From contig OZ242008.1 in the NCBI GenBank assembly GCA_965204735.1, forward strand, positions 3,488,001 through 3,552,000: a DNA stretch of 64,000 nt, given 5' to 3'. The position numbers were made by a program, and so were the translations under genes. This DNA is from Longimicrobiales bacterium (GTDB lineage Bacteria; Gemmatimonadota; Gemmatimonadetes; Longimicrobiales; Gaopeijiaceae). Position 1 is the first letter of the stretch. Each line of letters starts with the position of its first letter. The notes beneath the pieces were generated by a model. That model had not been told where the DNA came from. It worked only from the letters and a program-made list of their open reading frames with translations, and did no database searches. Of this stretch, positions 18,175 to 26,106 are shown piece by piece.

Positions 18175-18799
18175 TTGCCTCAAGTCCCCATGACTGCCAT
18201 CCAGGTGCTGTACTTCTAGCGAAGAGCTCTATCCGCCGTTGGTCAGGAAACATAAGTTCTATGCGTCTCCGGACTTCCTGCGGTTTCGTCGAATGTGGAC
18301 CGCGCTTGACACTCACAAGTTGGCGCATGTTTCGTGCTCCTCTCGGTTGCGGGATGCGGCCTCGCTTGAACACCAAGCAAAGCTCGCATTGACTGAGCGT
18401 ATAAAAGCCAGGATTGACTCGCATCTTGTCCCACACAAACGCTACGGTTGCCCAATCGAATTCCCACGACTTCCCCAAATCAATGGCTTGATCCAGGTGT
18501 GGACTCGTAGCCCACATGAACAGTAAACTATCCTGAGCAGCGATTTTCTTGACGTTCAACTCTTTGAGTTCGCTCAACTTGACTGTGGGGTAGTGACGCA
18601 CTGCGCCTCCTGTGTCTACAGAACCGGGGCCAGCGTGCTGCAGTTGACCCTTGTAGTCCCAAGGCGGATCGGCGTAGATGATGTCGAATTCTCCCACAGG
18701 AAGTTCAGGAAAGCCTGTTTCGAATGTTCTCCCTCGGGTCTGATACTCCGGTATCAGCGGCCGTGCAGTTGTGACATCCGGAAACAGCGTTTCGTTCAT
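18149..18799 (-). CDS. MT-A70 family adenine DNA methyltransferase (M.MunI-like)
   Basis: FDIIYADPPW, HYPT, LFMWAT, FVWDK, HSTKP, IELFAR...GW..WG; AGGAG RBS; low GC. Confidence 0.9.
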   Translation of the reverse strand: MNETLFPDVTTARPLIPEYQTRGRTFETGFPELPVGEFDIIYADPPWDYKGQLQHAGPGSVDTGGAVRHYPTVKLSELKELNVKKIAAQDSLLFMWATSPHLDQAIDLGKSWEFDWATVAFVWDKMRVNPGFYTLSQCELCLVFKRGRIPQPRGARNMRQLVSVKRGPHSTKPQEVRRRIELMFPDQRRIELFARSTAPGWQSWGLEANGPHRTIG

Positions 18800-18830
18800 G
18801 GTCGTTCTCCTTGTTGGCAACCTAACAAGC

Positions 18831-19397
18831 TCACTCGTAGCCGTACGCGGCGCACTTCTCTTCCTCGAAGGCGCCGTGGCCGGCCATTGTGTGCATCATG
18901 CCGGAACGGGACATGCCGCGCATCACGACGGGGCCGCTCCATGTCGTCGCGGTCGGGTCGAAGGCGGGCTCCAGCGTCACCACGACCAGGAACTTGTTCC
19001 ACTCCACTTGGCCTCGGAAGCCGGCGGGGTCCGACAGCTCCCCGGCCAAGGCGACCTGGTCGAGCTCCGGGGTTGTCGTCCATACCACGTAGGTTCCGGT
19101 CCGGGCAGGGGCAAGGCGCTCGACGCGGACCGTGAAGTCGTAGCGGTAGCTTCCGTCGGCAGCCAGCGCGACACCGTAAGGGGACGAAGGGAAGGTCACT
19201 TCGCCGACCCCTGCCGCGCGGCCACTGCCGGGAACTCGGCCCGTGGAAACAAGCGGAAAGCGGTAGTATTCGGGGCCGTTGATTGCGGCCGCCTCTCGGC
19301 AGACAGCGTCCGGCCCCGTCGAGCCGACGAGCCCCGCCAGCGCCCACACCAACGGAGCGCCCGCGACAAACGCGCGGTGCCGGGCGGGAACCGTCAT
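18831..19397 (-). CDS. Hypothetical exported protein, probably copper-oxidase associated
   Basis: N-terminal hydrophobic segment; C-terminal GMSRSGMMHTMAGHG Met/His motif; co-oriented with the MCO. Confidence 0.65.
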   Translation of the reverse strand: MTVPARHRAFVAGAPLVWALAGLVGSTGPDAVCREAAAINGPEYYRFPLVSTGRVPGSGRAAGVGEVTFPSSPYGVALAADGSYRYDFTVRVERLAPARTGTYVVWTTTPELDQVALAGELSDPAGFRGQVEWNKFLVVVTLEPAFDPTATTWSGPVVMRGMSRSGMMHTMAGHGAFEEEKCAAYGYE

Positions 19398-19434
19398 GCG
19401 GCCACCACGCACACGGGTCGGAACTCCGCCGGAC

Positions 19435-19839
19435 TCACGGCGACGGGCCGCAGCTCGTCGGACGAACCGCGGTCTTGCCTGGTACCGTCGTGTAGCGGAA
19501 GTCGAGTTCGCCGGCAGGCACCACCACGTCCAGATAGGTATCCGGGGCGACGGTTGCGTCCTTCGCCGGCACGGGCTGCACGACCCCAACCGTGTCGCCT
19601 GCTCGAAACTTGCCGCCGATATTGTCGAAGAGCTCCCATCCACCGTCCAGCGTGGTGTATATGCATCTCGTGTCGACGATCACCGGCCAATCCCGCTGCA
19701 ACTCCCCGTCCAGCGTGACGTGTCCCCAGATGGTCGGCTGACGGGCTTCGCTGGGCCGCACGACTTCGCAACCGCTTGCCGGCAACGCAAGCGCGAACGC
19801 CACAGCAGCGCTCGTCCGCTTCGTGGTCGCGGTGCGCAT
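19435..19839 (-). CDS. Hypothetical lipoprotein
   Basis: Signal ending ASGC; fills the gap between co-oriented genes. Confidence 0.55.
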   Translation of the reverse strand: MRTATTKRTSAAVAFALALPASGCEVVRPSEARQPTIWGHVTLDGELQRDWPVIVDTRCIYTTLDGGWELFDNIGGKFRAGDTVGVVQPVPAKDATVAPDTYLDVVVPAGELDFRYTTVPGKTAVRPTSCGPSP

Positions 19840-19854
19840 CGCCGTCTCGCTTGG

Positions 19855-21237
19855 TCAGCTCACGGGCCGCTTGACCGGACCGTTGTCCCAGTCCTGAACC
19901 GACGAGATGTTGGGCACGCCCCAGTCTTCGCCGTTCCAGCCGCTGAAGCCTTCCATCTTGAAAGTCCAGAAGCCGGTGGTCATGTCGCTGACGACGACGA
20001 GGCCGTCGGCGTTGCGGATGTCCACTCCGAAGGCGCCGTTGAACATGGGGTAGCGGTCCTTGTTCGGCGGGCCGACGTAGGTGTCGTAGTAGCCCACGGT
20101 CACCGGGTTCTCCGGGTCCATGAGCGAGAAGATCTGCAACCCGTCCAGGTAGCCCGAAGCGAAGACGTAGGGCCAGCGGACCTCGTGGTTGTGCACGAGG
20201 TTCTGCCAGTCGGCGGTCCAGGCGGAGATCGGGGTGCGGATGTTGGTGACTTCCCCGTCCAGCGCGGGCTGCAAGTCGAAGATGCGTATGGGGGCGTACT
20301 GGTACTCGGTCTCGGCAATCACGTAGCGGCCGTCGGGACTGGGCGTGAAGGTGTGCCCGTAGCGCACGCCGCTGACGCCGGCCAGCGAGATGCGCAGCTG
20401 CGGATCGTCCAGGCTGGATACGTCGTAGATGTAGTAGCCGCCCGTGCCGCCGCCGTAGAAGCGGTCTTCGCCGGTGTCGGGGTGGTAGCCCACGTAGAAG
20501 TCGTGATAGCCCCGCCCGGAACCGCTTCCTTCCGCCGATTCGGGGACGGGCACCCGACCCACCAGCGCGTTGTCCATGTCGCCCGCCACCACCCGAGCCA
20601 TGTCGTACACGTGGGCGAACGGCCCCCGCACGGTGGCAAAGAGCAGGACGCGCCCGTCGGAGTGCTTGTACACGAAGATGTTGTGGAAGCCGCCGGGAAG
20701 CTCGGGCTCGCGGATGCGCGCCACCTCGCGGACGGTGGAGGGGTCCGGCAGGCCGGTCACGTCCAGCACCACCGCACCCAGGTCCGTGTTGGGTCCGCCC
20801 TGCCCGAACTGGAGGGACTGCACCACGTAGTAGCGGCCGTCCAGCTTGAAGTGCTTCACGTCCATGCCGCCGGTGCGCATGTGCAGGTCCTGGTTCTCGA
20901 TCCGCCACTCGTAGAGGACCTCGGGCCGCTCGGGGTCGGCGATCGAAACGATGTCCAACCCCTTGGGACCCACGTCGCCGTAGACCATCCTGCCGACGTA
21001 GGCGTAGGGCCGGTCCATCTCCTGCTCCAGGTCCAGGTCCGACACCGAGAGGCGCGGCCCCAGCGGCACATGGCCCAGCACGTCCATGTTGTCGCTGCCC
21101 GGCGCCGACGGCGTCCACTGCTGGGCGCGAAGAGCGGGCGCGACGGCGGACGCGAGCAGCAGGGCGGCGGCCAGAGCGGCGATGGCCGGCGTCCTGCGCT
21201 GGATGCCGGCGGAGAGGCGGTGGACTGGGACGGGCAT
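19855..21237 (-). CDS. LVIVD-repeat beta-propeller secreted protein
   Basis: AGGAGG RBS; signal peptide; GLDIVSIADPERP, VHNHEV, YLDGLQIFS.MDPENP...GYYDT, GAFGVD, SDMTTG. Confidence 0.85.
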   Translation of the reverse strand: MPVPVHRLSAGIQRRTPAIAALAAALLLASAVAPALRAQQWTPSAPGSDNMDVLGHVPLGPRLSVSDLDLEQEMDRPYAYVGRMVYGDVGPKGLDIVSIADPERPEVLYEWRIENQDLHMRTGGMDVKHFKLDGRYYVVQSLQFGQGGPNTDLGAVVLDVTGLPDPSTVREVARIREPELPGGFHNIFVYKHSDGRVLLFATVRGPFAHVYDMARVVAGDMDNALVGRVPVPESAEGSGSGRGYHDFYVGYHPDTGEDRFYGGGTGGYYIYDVSSLDDPQLRISLAGVSGVRYGHTFTPSPDGRYVIAETEYQYAPIRIFDLQPALDGEVTNIRTPISAWTADWQNLVHNHEVRWPYVFASGYLDGLQIFSLMDPENPVTVGYYDTYVGPPNKDRYPMFNGAFGVDIRNADGLVVVSDMTTGFWTFKMEGFSGWNGEDWGVPNISSVQDWDNGPVKRPVS

Positions 21238-21345
21238 GATCTCCCTCCTGAGCGAGCGTGGCTTCGGGAAGCGGTCCTGCAAGATAGGTGGCGGGGCGAC
21301 CGGAAGTCCAGCGGACGCGAACAGAGGCTGCGGAACGCAACAGCG

Positions 21346-22827
21346 TCACCGATGATCGTGAGACCACCACTGAACAGCGGCGATGCTCGGCCGAACGGCG
21401 GCAATGCTCTGTACGGCGGTTGCCACGTGCGCACCCGCGAAGTTCATGATCGCCGCCTGGTCGTCGGCCAGCACGACCGTCCTCGACGTCACATCAAAGA
21501 TGTACGCGTCCGCATCCCACTCGGAGATCGTCACCGTGTAGGTGCCGGCCGCCAAGCCCGAGAAGGCGTACAGTCCCTGGGCGTTCGTCGTGTCCGTCCC
21601 CTCCGCGGCGCCGGACAGGGCAACCACGACACCGCCAATGCCGATGCCTTCCACGGCAACTTGGCCGCTGATCCAGGCACCGGGGAGGCGGGTGCCGTCG
21701 AAGGGCACGTTGGCCGTCTGGCCCAGGGCCACGGTCACCGACTGGGAGGTCGTTGCGAACTCGTAGTCGTCCGCGCTGAACCCCGAGATGCCGACTTGGT
21801 AGACGCCGGCGCGAAGCTCGGCGAAGACGTACTGGCCTGCGGCGTCGGTGGTGGCCGTCCGGGCCGGTCCAACGCCCGAAAGGTTGACCGTCACGCCCGC
21901 CAGCCCCACGCCGTCGCCCGCCACGCGGCCCTGGATCCCGGCGGTCCGCACGTACGTGCCGTCGAAGCTGATCCCCTCGGTCTCGCCCACGTCCAACGTC
22001 ACGTTGCGGGACGTGGTCGGGAAGCCCACGTCGGCTGCGAAGCCGGAAAGCTCGACCTTGTAGGACCCGGCGCGCAGCTGCGTGAACGCGTACATGCCGC
22101 TGGCGTCGGTTTGGGTCGAATCTTCCGCCATCCCGGAAAGCCGAACCGTGACGCCGCCGAGGCCAGTGCGCTCCACCGTCACCGAACCGATGATGCTCGC
22201 AGTCCGCACGTACGTGCCGTCGAAGCTGATCGTCTGCGCCTCGTCCACGCCTACCGTCACGTTGCGGGACGTGGTCGGGAAGCCCACGTCGGCTGCGAAG
22301 CCGGAAAGCTCGACCTTGTAGGACCCGGCGCGCAGCTGCGTAAACGCGTACATGCCGCTGGCGTCGGTTTGGGTCGAATCTTCCGCCATCCCGGAAAGCC
22401 GAACCGTGACGCCACTGAGGCCAGCACGTTCCACCGTCACCGAGCCGATGATGCTCGCGGTCCGCACGTACGTGCCGCTGAAGTTGAGCGTGGCCATTCG
22501 TGCGTCGGTAGTGATTGTGGCGGGCAGGAAAGTCGATGTGAAGCTGGCGTCGACCGGGAAGTTGCTGATCGTGACCGTATACGTCCCGTTGTCGACGTTG
22601 GTAAACGAGAAGCGTCCTTCGCCAGCCGTGGTGGTTGACGTGCCGGTGCTCAGCGCGACCGTGACGCCGTCGATTCCCTGGCCTTCAACGGACACTTGCC
22701 CATTGATCGTGCCCGCGGGAAGCGGAGGGGTTCCCTGATCGCACGCGGCGAGGACAAGCATCATCACTGGCCGCGCCCAGCGGAAGCCGGTGAACATCCC
22801 GGAGAACTGCTTCAACTGCTTGGACAT
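21346..22827 (-). CDS. Lipoprotein with five carboxypeptidase-regulatory/SdrD-B-like Ig repeats
   Basis: AGGAGG RBS; lipobox LAAC; repeated G.I.G.V...G.G..GVTV.LSG......TD..G.Y.F..L.AG.Y.V. Confidence 0.8.
   Translation of the reverse strand: MSKQLKQFSGMFTGFRWARPVMMLVLAACDQGTPPLPAGTINGQVSVEGQGIDGVTVALSTGTSTTTAGEGRFSFTNVDNGTYTVTISNFPVDASFTSTFLPATITTDARMATLNFSGTYVRTASIIGSVTVERAGLSGVTVRLSGMAEDSTQTDASGMYAFTQLRAGSYKVELSGFAADVGFPTTSRNVTVGVDEAQTISFDGTYVRTASIIGSVTVERTGLGGVTVRLSGMAEDSTQTDASGMYAFTQLRAGSYKVELSGFAADVGFPTTSRNVTLDVGETEGISFDGTYVRTAGIQGRVAGDGVGLAGVTVNLSGVGPARTATTDAAGQYVFAELRAGVYQVGISGFSADDYEFATTSQSVTVALGQTANVPFDGTRLPGAWISGQVAVEGIGIGGVVVALSGAAEGTDTTNAQGLYAFSGLAAGTYTVTISEWDADAYIFDVTSRTVVLADDQAAIMNFAGAHVATAVQSIAAVRPSIAAVQWWSHDHR
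21944..22477. repeat. 258-bp (86 aa) intragenic tandem repeat
   Basis: GTCCGCACGTACGTGCCG recurs at 21944, 22202 and 22460; two units nearly identical. Confidence 0.9.
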
Positions 22828-22909
22828 GATCCGCCTCCTGGCGAGAAAGAAGATGCCAACGCCAACATGTCGAGTCGAGAGGTGTTGCAGGCCCCCGGTC
22901 CGTGTACCC

Positions 22910-23506
22910 TCACCACGGCCACCGCGACGTCGCCAGGAACGCGGCCCACGCCCCGCCCGCCACAGACAGGAGCACGTTCCACGCCTTGGCCGGCACCCGC
23001 AGCACGCCCGTCGCCACGAACGACACGGCCAGGAACACCGTGACCGCCGCGATCTGGGCCAGCTCCAGCCCGACGTTGAAGGACAACAGCGGAACGAAGA
23101 GGCTGCGCTCGCTGCCCAGCGCCAGGCCGAGGAACGCGGCGAAGCCCAAGCCGTGGACGACGCCGAAGATCAGGGCGGCGGCGTAGCGGGCGCCGGCGGG
23201 GGTCCGCAAGGCTGGAGGCGAGGCCGCGGCCCGGGGACGAGCCGCCGCCAAGTTGGCCGCGGCGGTGGCGGCGATGGTGACGAGAACGAGGAACTCCACG
23301 AGCGGCGCGTTGGGCCGAACCCAGCCCACGGTCGCGAGGGCAAGGCTGACGGAATGCCCCGCGGTGAAGGCCGTAGCGAGCACGAGGAGCTCTCGCCAGC
23401 GAGACGGCGGGTACGGGGCGGACAGGACTGCGAGGAAGAGGAGGTGGTCGTAGGCGCGCAGGTCCAGAAGGTGCTCGAAGCCCAGTCGAAGGTAGACGGA
23501 GAACAC
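22910..23506 (-). CDS. HupE/UreJ family membrane protein
   Basis: LGFEH...YDHLLFL, TAFTAGHSVSLAL, FGVVHGLGFA, FNVGLELAQ. Confidence 0.9.
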   Translation of the reverse strand: MFSVYLRLGFEHLLDLRAYDHLLFLAVLSAPYPPSRWRELLVLATAFTAGHSVSLALATVGWVRPNAPLVEFLVLVTIAATAAANLAAARPRAAASPPALRTPAGARYAAALIFGVVHGLGFAAFLGLALGSERSLFVPLLSFNVGLELAQIAAVTVFLAVSFVATGVLRVPAKAWNVLLSVAGGAWAAFLATSRWPW

Positions 23507-23524
23507 TGGGCCGGGGGCCGGTTC

Positions 23525-24808
23525 CTACGAGTTCGCGGTCGCCGGAGGCCGAGGGCGGTCGCGGCCTCGGCGCGCGCTTCCGGCCGCAAAGGCCAGCACG
23601 GCCCACGCCAGCCACGAGACCCGCTCCTCCGGCGCCAGCATTCTGAAGTGCTCCCACAGCAGCCAGGGCAAGGTGGCCGCCAGCCGGAGGTACGATCCGT
23701 CGTGGTAAGGCATCCGCCGCTCGACGACCACTGTGGCGCTTCGTCGGTCGCGGTGCAGTGTCGTCTCGATGGCTTCACCCAGGCGGGCCGGGGTCATGTT
23801 GCGCCAAGCCGGAACGTCCATGACGCTCCAGGCCACGGCGGTGCGGCCCAATCCGTGCAGATTGCTGCCGGCGACCACCGCCAGGTCCATCAAGTCGGCC
23901 GTGGCCAGGATGCGGCTGCGCTCCGCCCGAGACTGCTCCAGCCCCCGAGGGGAACCGTCGCTCAGCTCCACGCCGACCACGCCGGCGGGCGAGGCGGGGG
24001 TCCAAGGGACGATCGCGTCCAGCGGGCCCGGGATCGTGTAGAGCATGGCGGGCCGGGGAGCGCCCCGAGCCTGCGCCGCCGCAAGCGAGTCCGGGTCGAG
24101 GTGGTGCCAAGTGCTGTCCAAGGCGAAGACGTAGCGCTCCCGGTCGCCGAGCACGTTGGTGGGGTGGTTGCGAAGCCGCAGCTCGGCGCCGCTCAGGAGC
24201 ACGGTCCGCTCGCCGGCGCGGTCCGGGTTGTCCGGAGCGGCGTCGTCCACGCCGGCCCACGTGTAGTGGTCGGTCACGTACGCTGCCCCGAACCCGGCCG
24301 CTTCGTGCCACGCCCGGTTCCTGGACGCCGTGAAGAACTTCTCTCCGTCGTGGGAGTGGTTGGTGTGGGAGTGGAAGTCCACTGCGACGAGGTTCGGCCC
24401 GTCCAGCGATATCCCGGTCATGGGACGGGGCAGGTACGCTCCGACTGCGTAGAAGGCCAAGAGAAAGGCCAGCGCCAGGGCACCTCGCCCCACCTCGAAG
24501 ACGGCCCGGCGCAGCAGCGAGCCCCGTCCGCGAGGAGCCAGCGCGCGACACAGCAGGTACAGGCCGACCAGCCACGCCACGACCGCTATGTGCTGGCTCA
24601 TGGTCAGGTTCGTCAGGCTGTCCCACAGCCCGAAGAGGGGGGCGCCGACCAAGTACGGCCAGGGAAGCGCCAGGCTCGCGAAGGGGACGGGGAGACGGGT
24701 CGCGGCGTCCCACAAGGCCGGGGCGGCAAAGAACGTCGAGACGACCACGGCCGACGCGACGGCCACCGGCCCGAGAACTCCTCGGAACCTCCGACGGACG
24801 CCGCTCAC
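23525..24808 (-). CDS. Membrane-anchored PHP-domain metallo-phosphoesterase-like protein
   Basis: TM helices, then DFHSHTNHSHDG, VTDH, SGAE and GSNLHG; GTGA overlap with the hipA stop. Confidence 0.75.
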   Translation of the reverse strand: MSGVRRRFRGVLGPVAVASAVVVSTFFAAPALWDAATRLPVPFASLALPWPYLVGAPLFGLWDSLTNLTMSQHIAVVAWLVGLYLLCRALAPRGRGSLLRRAVFEVGRGALALAFLLAFYAVGAYLPRPMTGISLDGPNLVAVDFHSHTNHSHDGEKFFTASRNRAWHEAAGFGAAYVTDHYTWAGVDDAAPDNPDRAGERTVLLSGAELRLRNHPTNVLGDRERYVFALDSTWHHLDPDSLAAAQARGAPRPAMLYTIPGPLDAIVPWTPASPAGVVGVELSDGSPRGLEQSRAERSRILATADLMDLAVVAGSNLHGLGRTAVAWSVMDVPAWRNMTPARLGEAIETTLHRDRRSATVVVERRMPYHDGSYLRLAATLPWLLWEHFRMLAPEERVSWLAWAVLAFAAGSARRGRDRPRPPATANS

Positions 24809-26106
24809 GTGGAACGCTCCAGCCGGGCAGCTCGGCGCCGGGTCCGCCGCGCGAACCCTTCCAGCGCGTCGTGGTCCAACCCGGGCTGGGCCAGTTCCCG
24901 GGCCACGCCGCCGCACCGCTGGGCGGCCAGTTGGCAGAGCTCCGCCACCCGCCGCCGCACGGTGGATGGGTCCAGCCCGCACCGGCGGGCGAAGCGGTCC
25001 CAATCCGCGGGGCGCAGCTCCTCCAGCGTGGCCCGCCCGCCGACCTTCATGGCCAGCTTGGGAGAGAGACCGGGGTACGCCGCCGTGCACAGCACGTCGT
25101 AGAGGGGCGCGAGCTCGACGGCGTCGCCGAACCCGGGACCGCGCCTGACCAAGCTGTAGTTCTTGCCGTGGGCGTCGGCGTTGCCCACAAGAACTTGCAG
25201 GACGGCGGCGTCGAGCAGCTTGTCCGCGTCCTCGTCGGGGCGCGTGCAGGCGCGGCGGACCAGGTCGAAGCACTCCGGGAAGCCCGGTCCGCCGTCGGCG
25301 GCGTACTTGCGGCGCGACACGAAGCCCAGCGCTTGGCAGAAGTCTTCTTGATGAAGCCGACGGACGGCGCCGTCGGGCGCGCGCGCCCGGTCATAGCGCT
25401 CCACCAGCAGGAAGTTGCGGCCTTGGGCCGTCCGGGGTTCCACGGGGGCCGCGGAAAGTCCCAGAGTGCGGGCCAAGCGCATGGCAAAAGCCTCGTTTTC
25501 GGTCATGGCCGGAAAGCGCTCGTTGGCAGGCTTGAGGATGTGGGTGGTCGGACCGCCGGGAACGGGAAGGGCAATCTCGTCGCCGGCAACCACCACGGGC
25601 AACTTGGACTGGGCTCCGGCCAAGGACATGCGCAGGCCGTCCTCCCCGTTGGCAAGCAGGGCGTGCGTCTTGACGGCGTCCAGAAGGCGAGCCAGCGCTG
25701 CCTCCGAGAGCGGCTGGACGGGCGCCGCGGCCGTGGTGGGTGCGCCGGACGCCTCCCCCGGAGGCTGCTGCCCCTCCGGCCAGAGCGAAACGGCTCCCGC
25801 CACTTCGCCGCCGACTCCAGCCAGGAGGCCGAAGACGTTCTCGGGCGAGACGCCCAACGCGCCGGCCACCGCGTCCCTTTCGGCGCCCTCGGGCAAGAGA
25901 CCCTCGAAGAAGGGGGCGCAGCGGGCGCTGGAGAACGACCGCGACTCCTTGGGCAGGGACAGGGAGAGCGCAGGCGCGGCGTGGTCGGCCAGCCAGTCGC
26001 CGTTGTAGGCGAACCGCATTGCGCCGCGGCGGTCCAGCGCCAAGATGCCCGCGACCCTTCGGCCCCACCACGCGACCAGCGCGCGCACGGCGGGCAGGTT
26101 CGTCAC
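24805..26106 (-). CDS. hipA: HipA family toxin kinase
   Basis: LSLSLP, FFEGLLPEG, SLAGAQSKL, HILKP, ENE, HQEDFCQALG, GNADAHGKN, LAPLYD. Confidence 0.92.
   Translation of the reverse strand: MTNLPAVRALVAWWGRRVAGILALDRRGAMRFAYNGDWLADHAAPALSLSLPKESRSFSSARCAPFFEGLLPEGAERDAVAGALGVSPENVFGLLAGVGGEVAGAVSLWPEGQQPPGEASGAPTTAAAPVQPLSEAALARLLDAVKTHALLANGEDGLRMSLAGAQSKLPVVVAGDEIALPVPGGPTTHILKPANERFPAMTENEAFAMRLARTLGLSAAPVEPRTAQGRNFLLVERYDRARAPDGAVRRLHQEDFCQALGFVSRRKYAADGGPGFPECFDLVRRACTRPDEDADKLLDAAVLQVLVGNADAHGKNYSLVRRGPGFGDAVELAPLYDVLCTAAYPGLSPKLAMKVGGRATLEELRPADWDRFARRCGLDPSTVRRRVAELCQLAAQRCGGVARELAQPGLDHDALEGFARRTRRRAARLERST

Noticed and set aside
19279..22638. 1119-aa plus-strand ORF
   Set aside because: Antisense to well-supported minus-strand genes, with shadow-like composition
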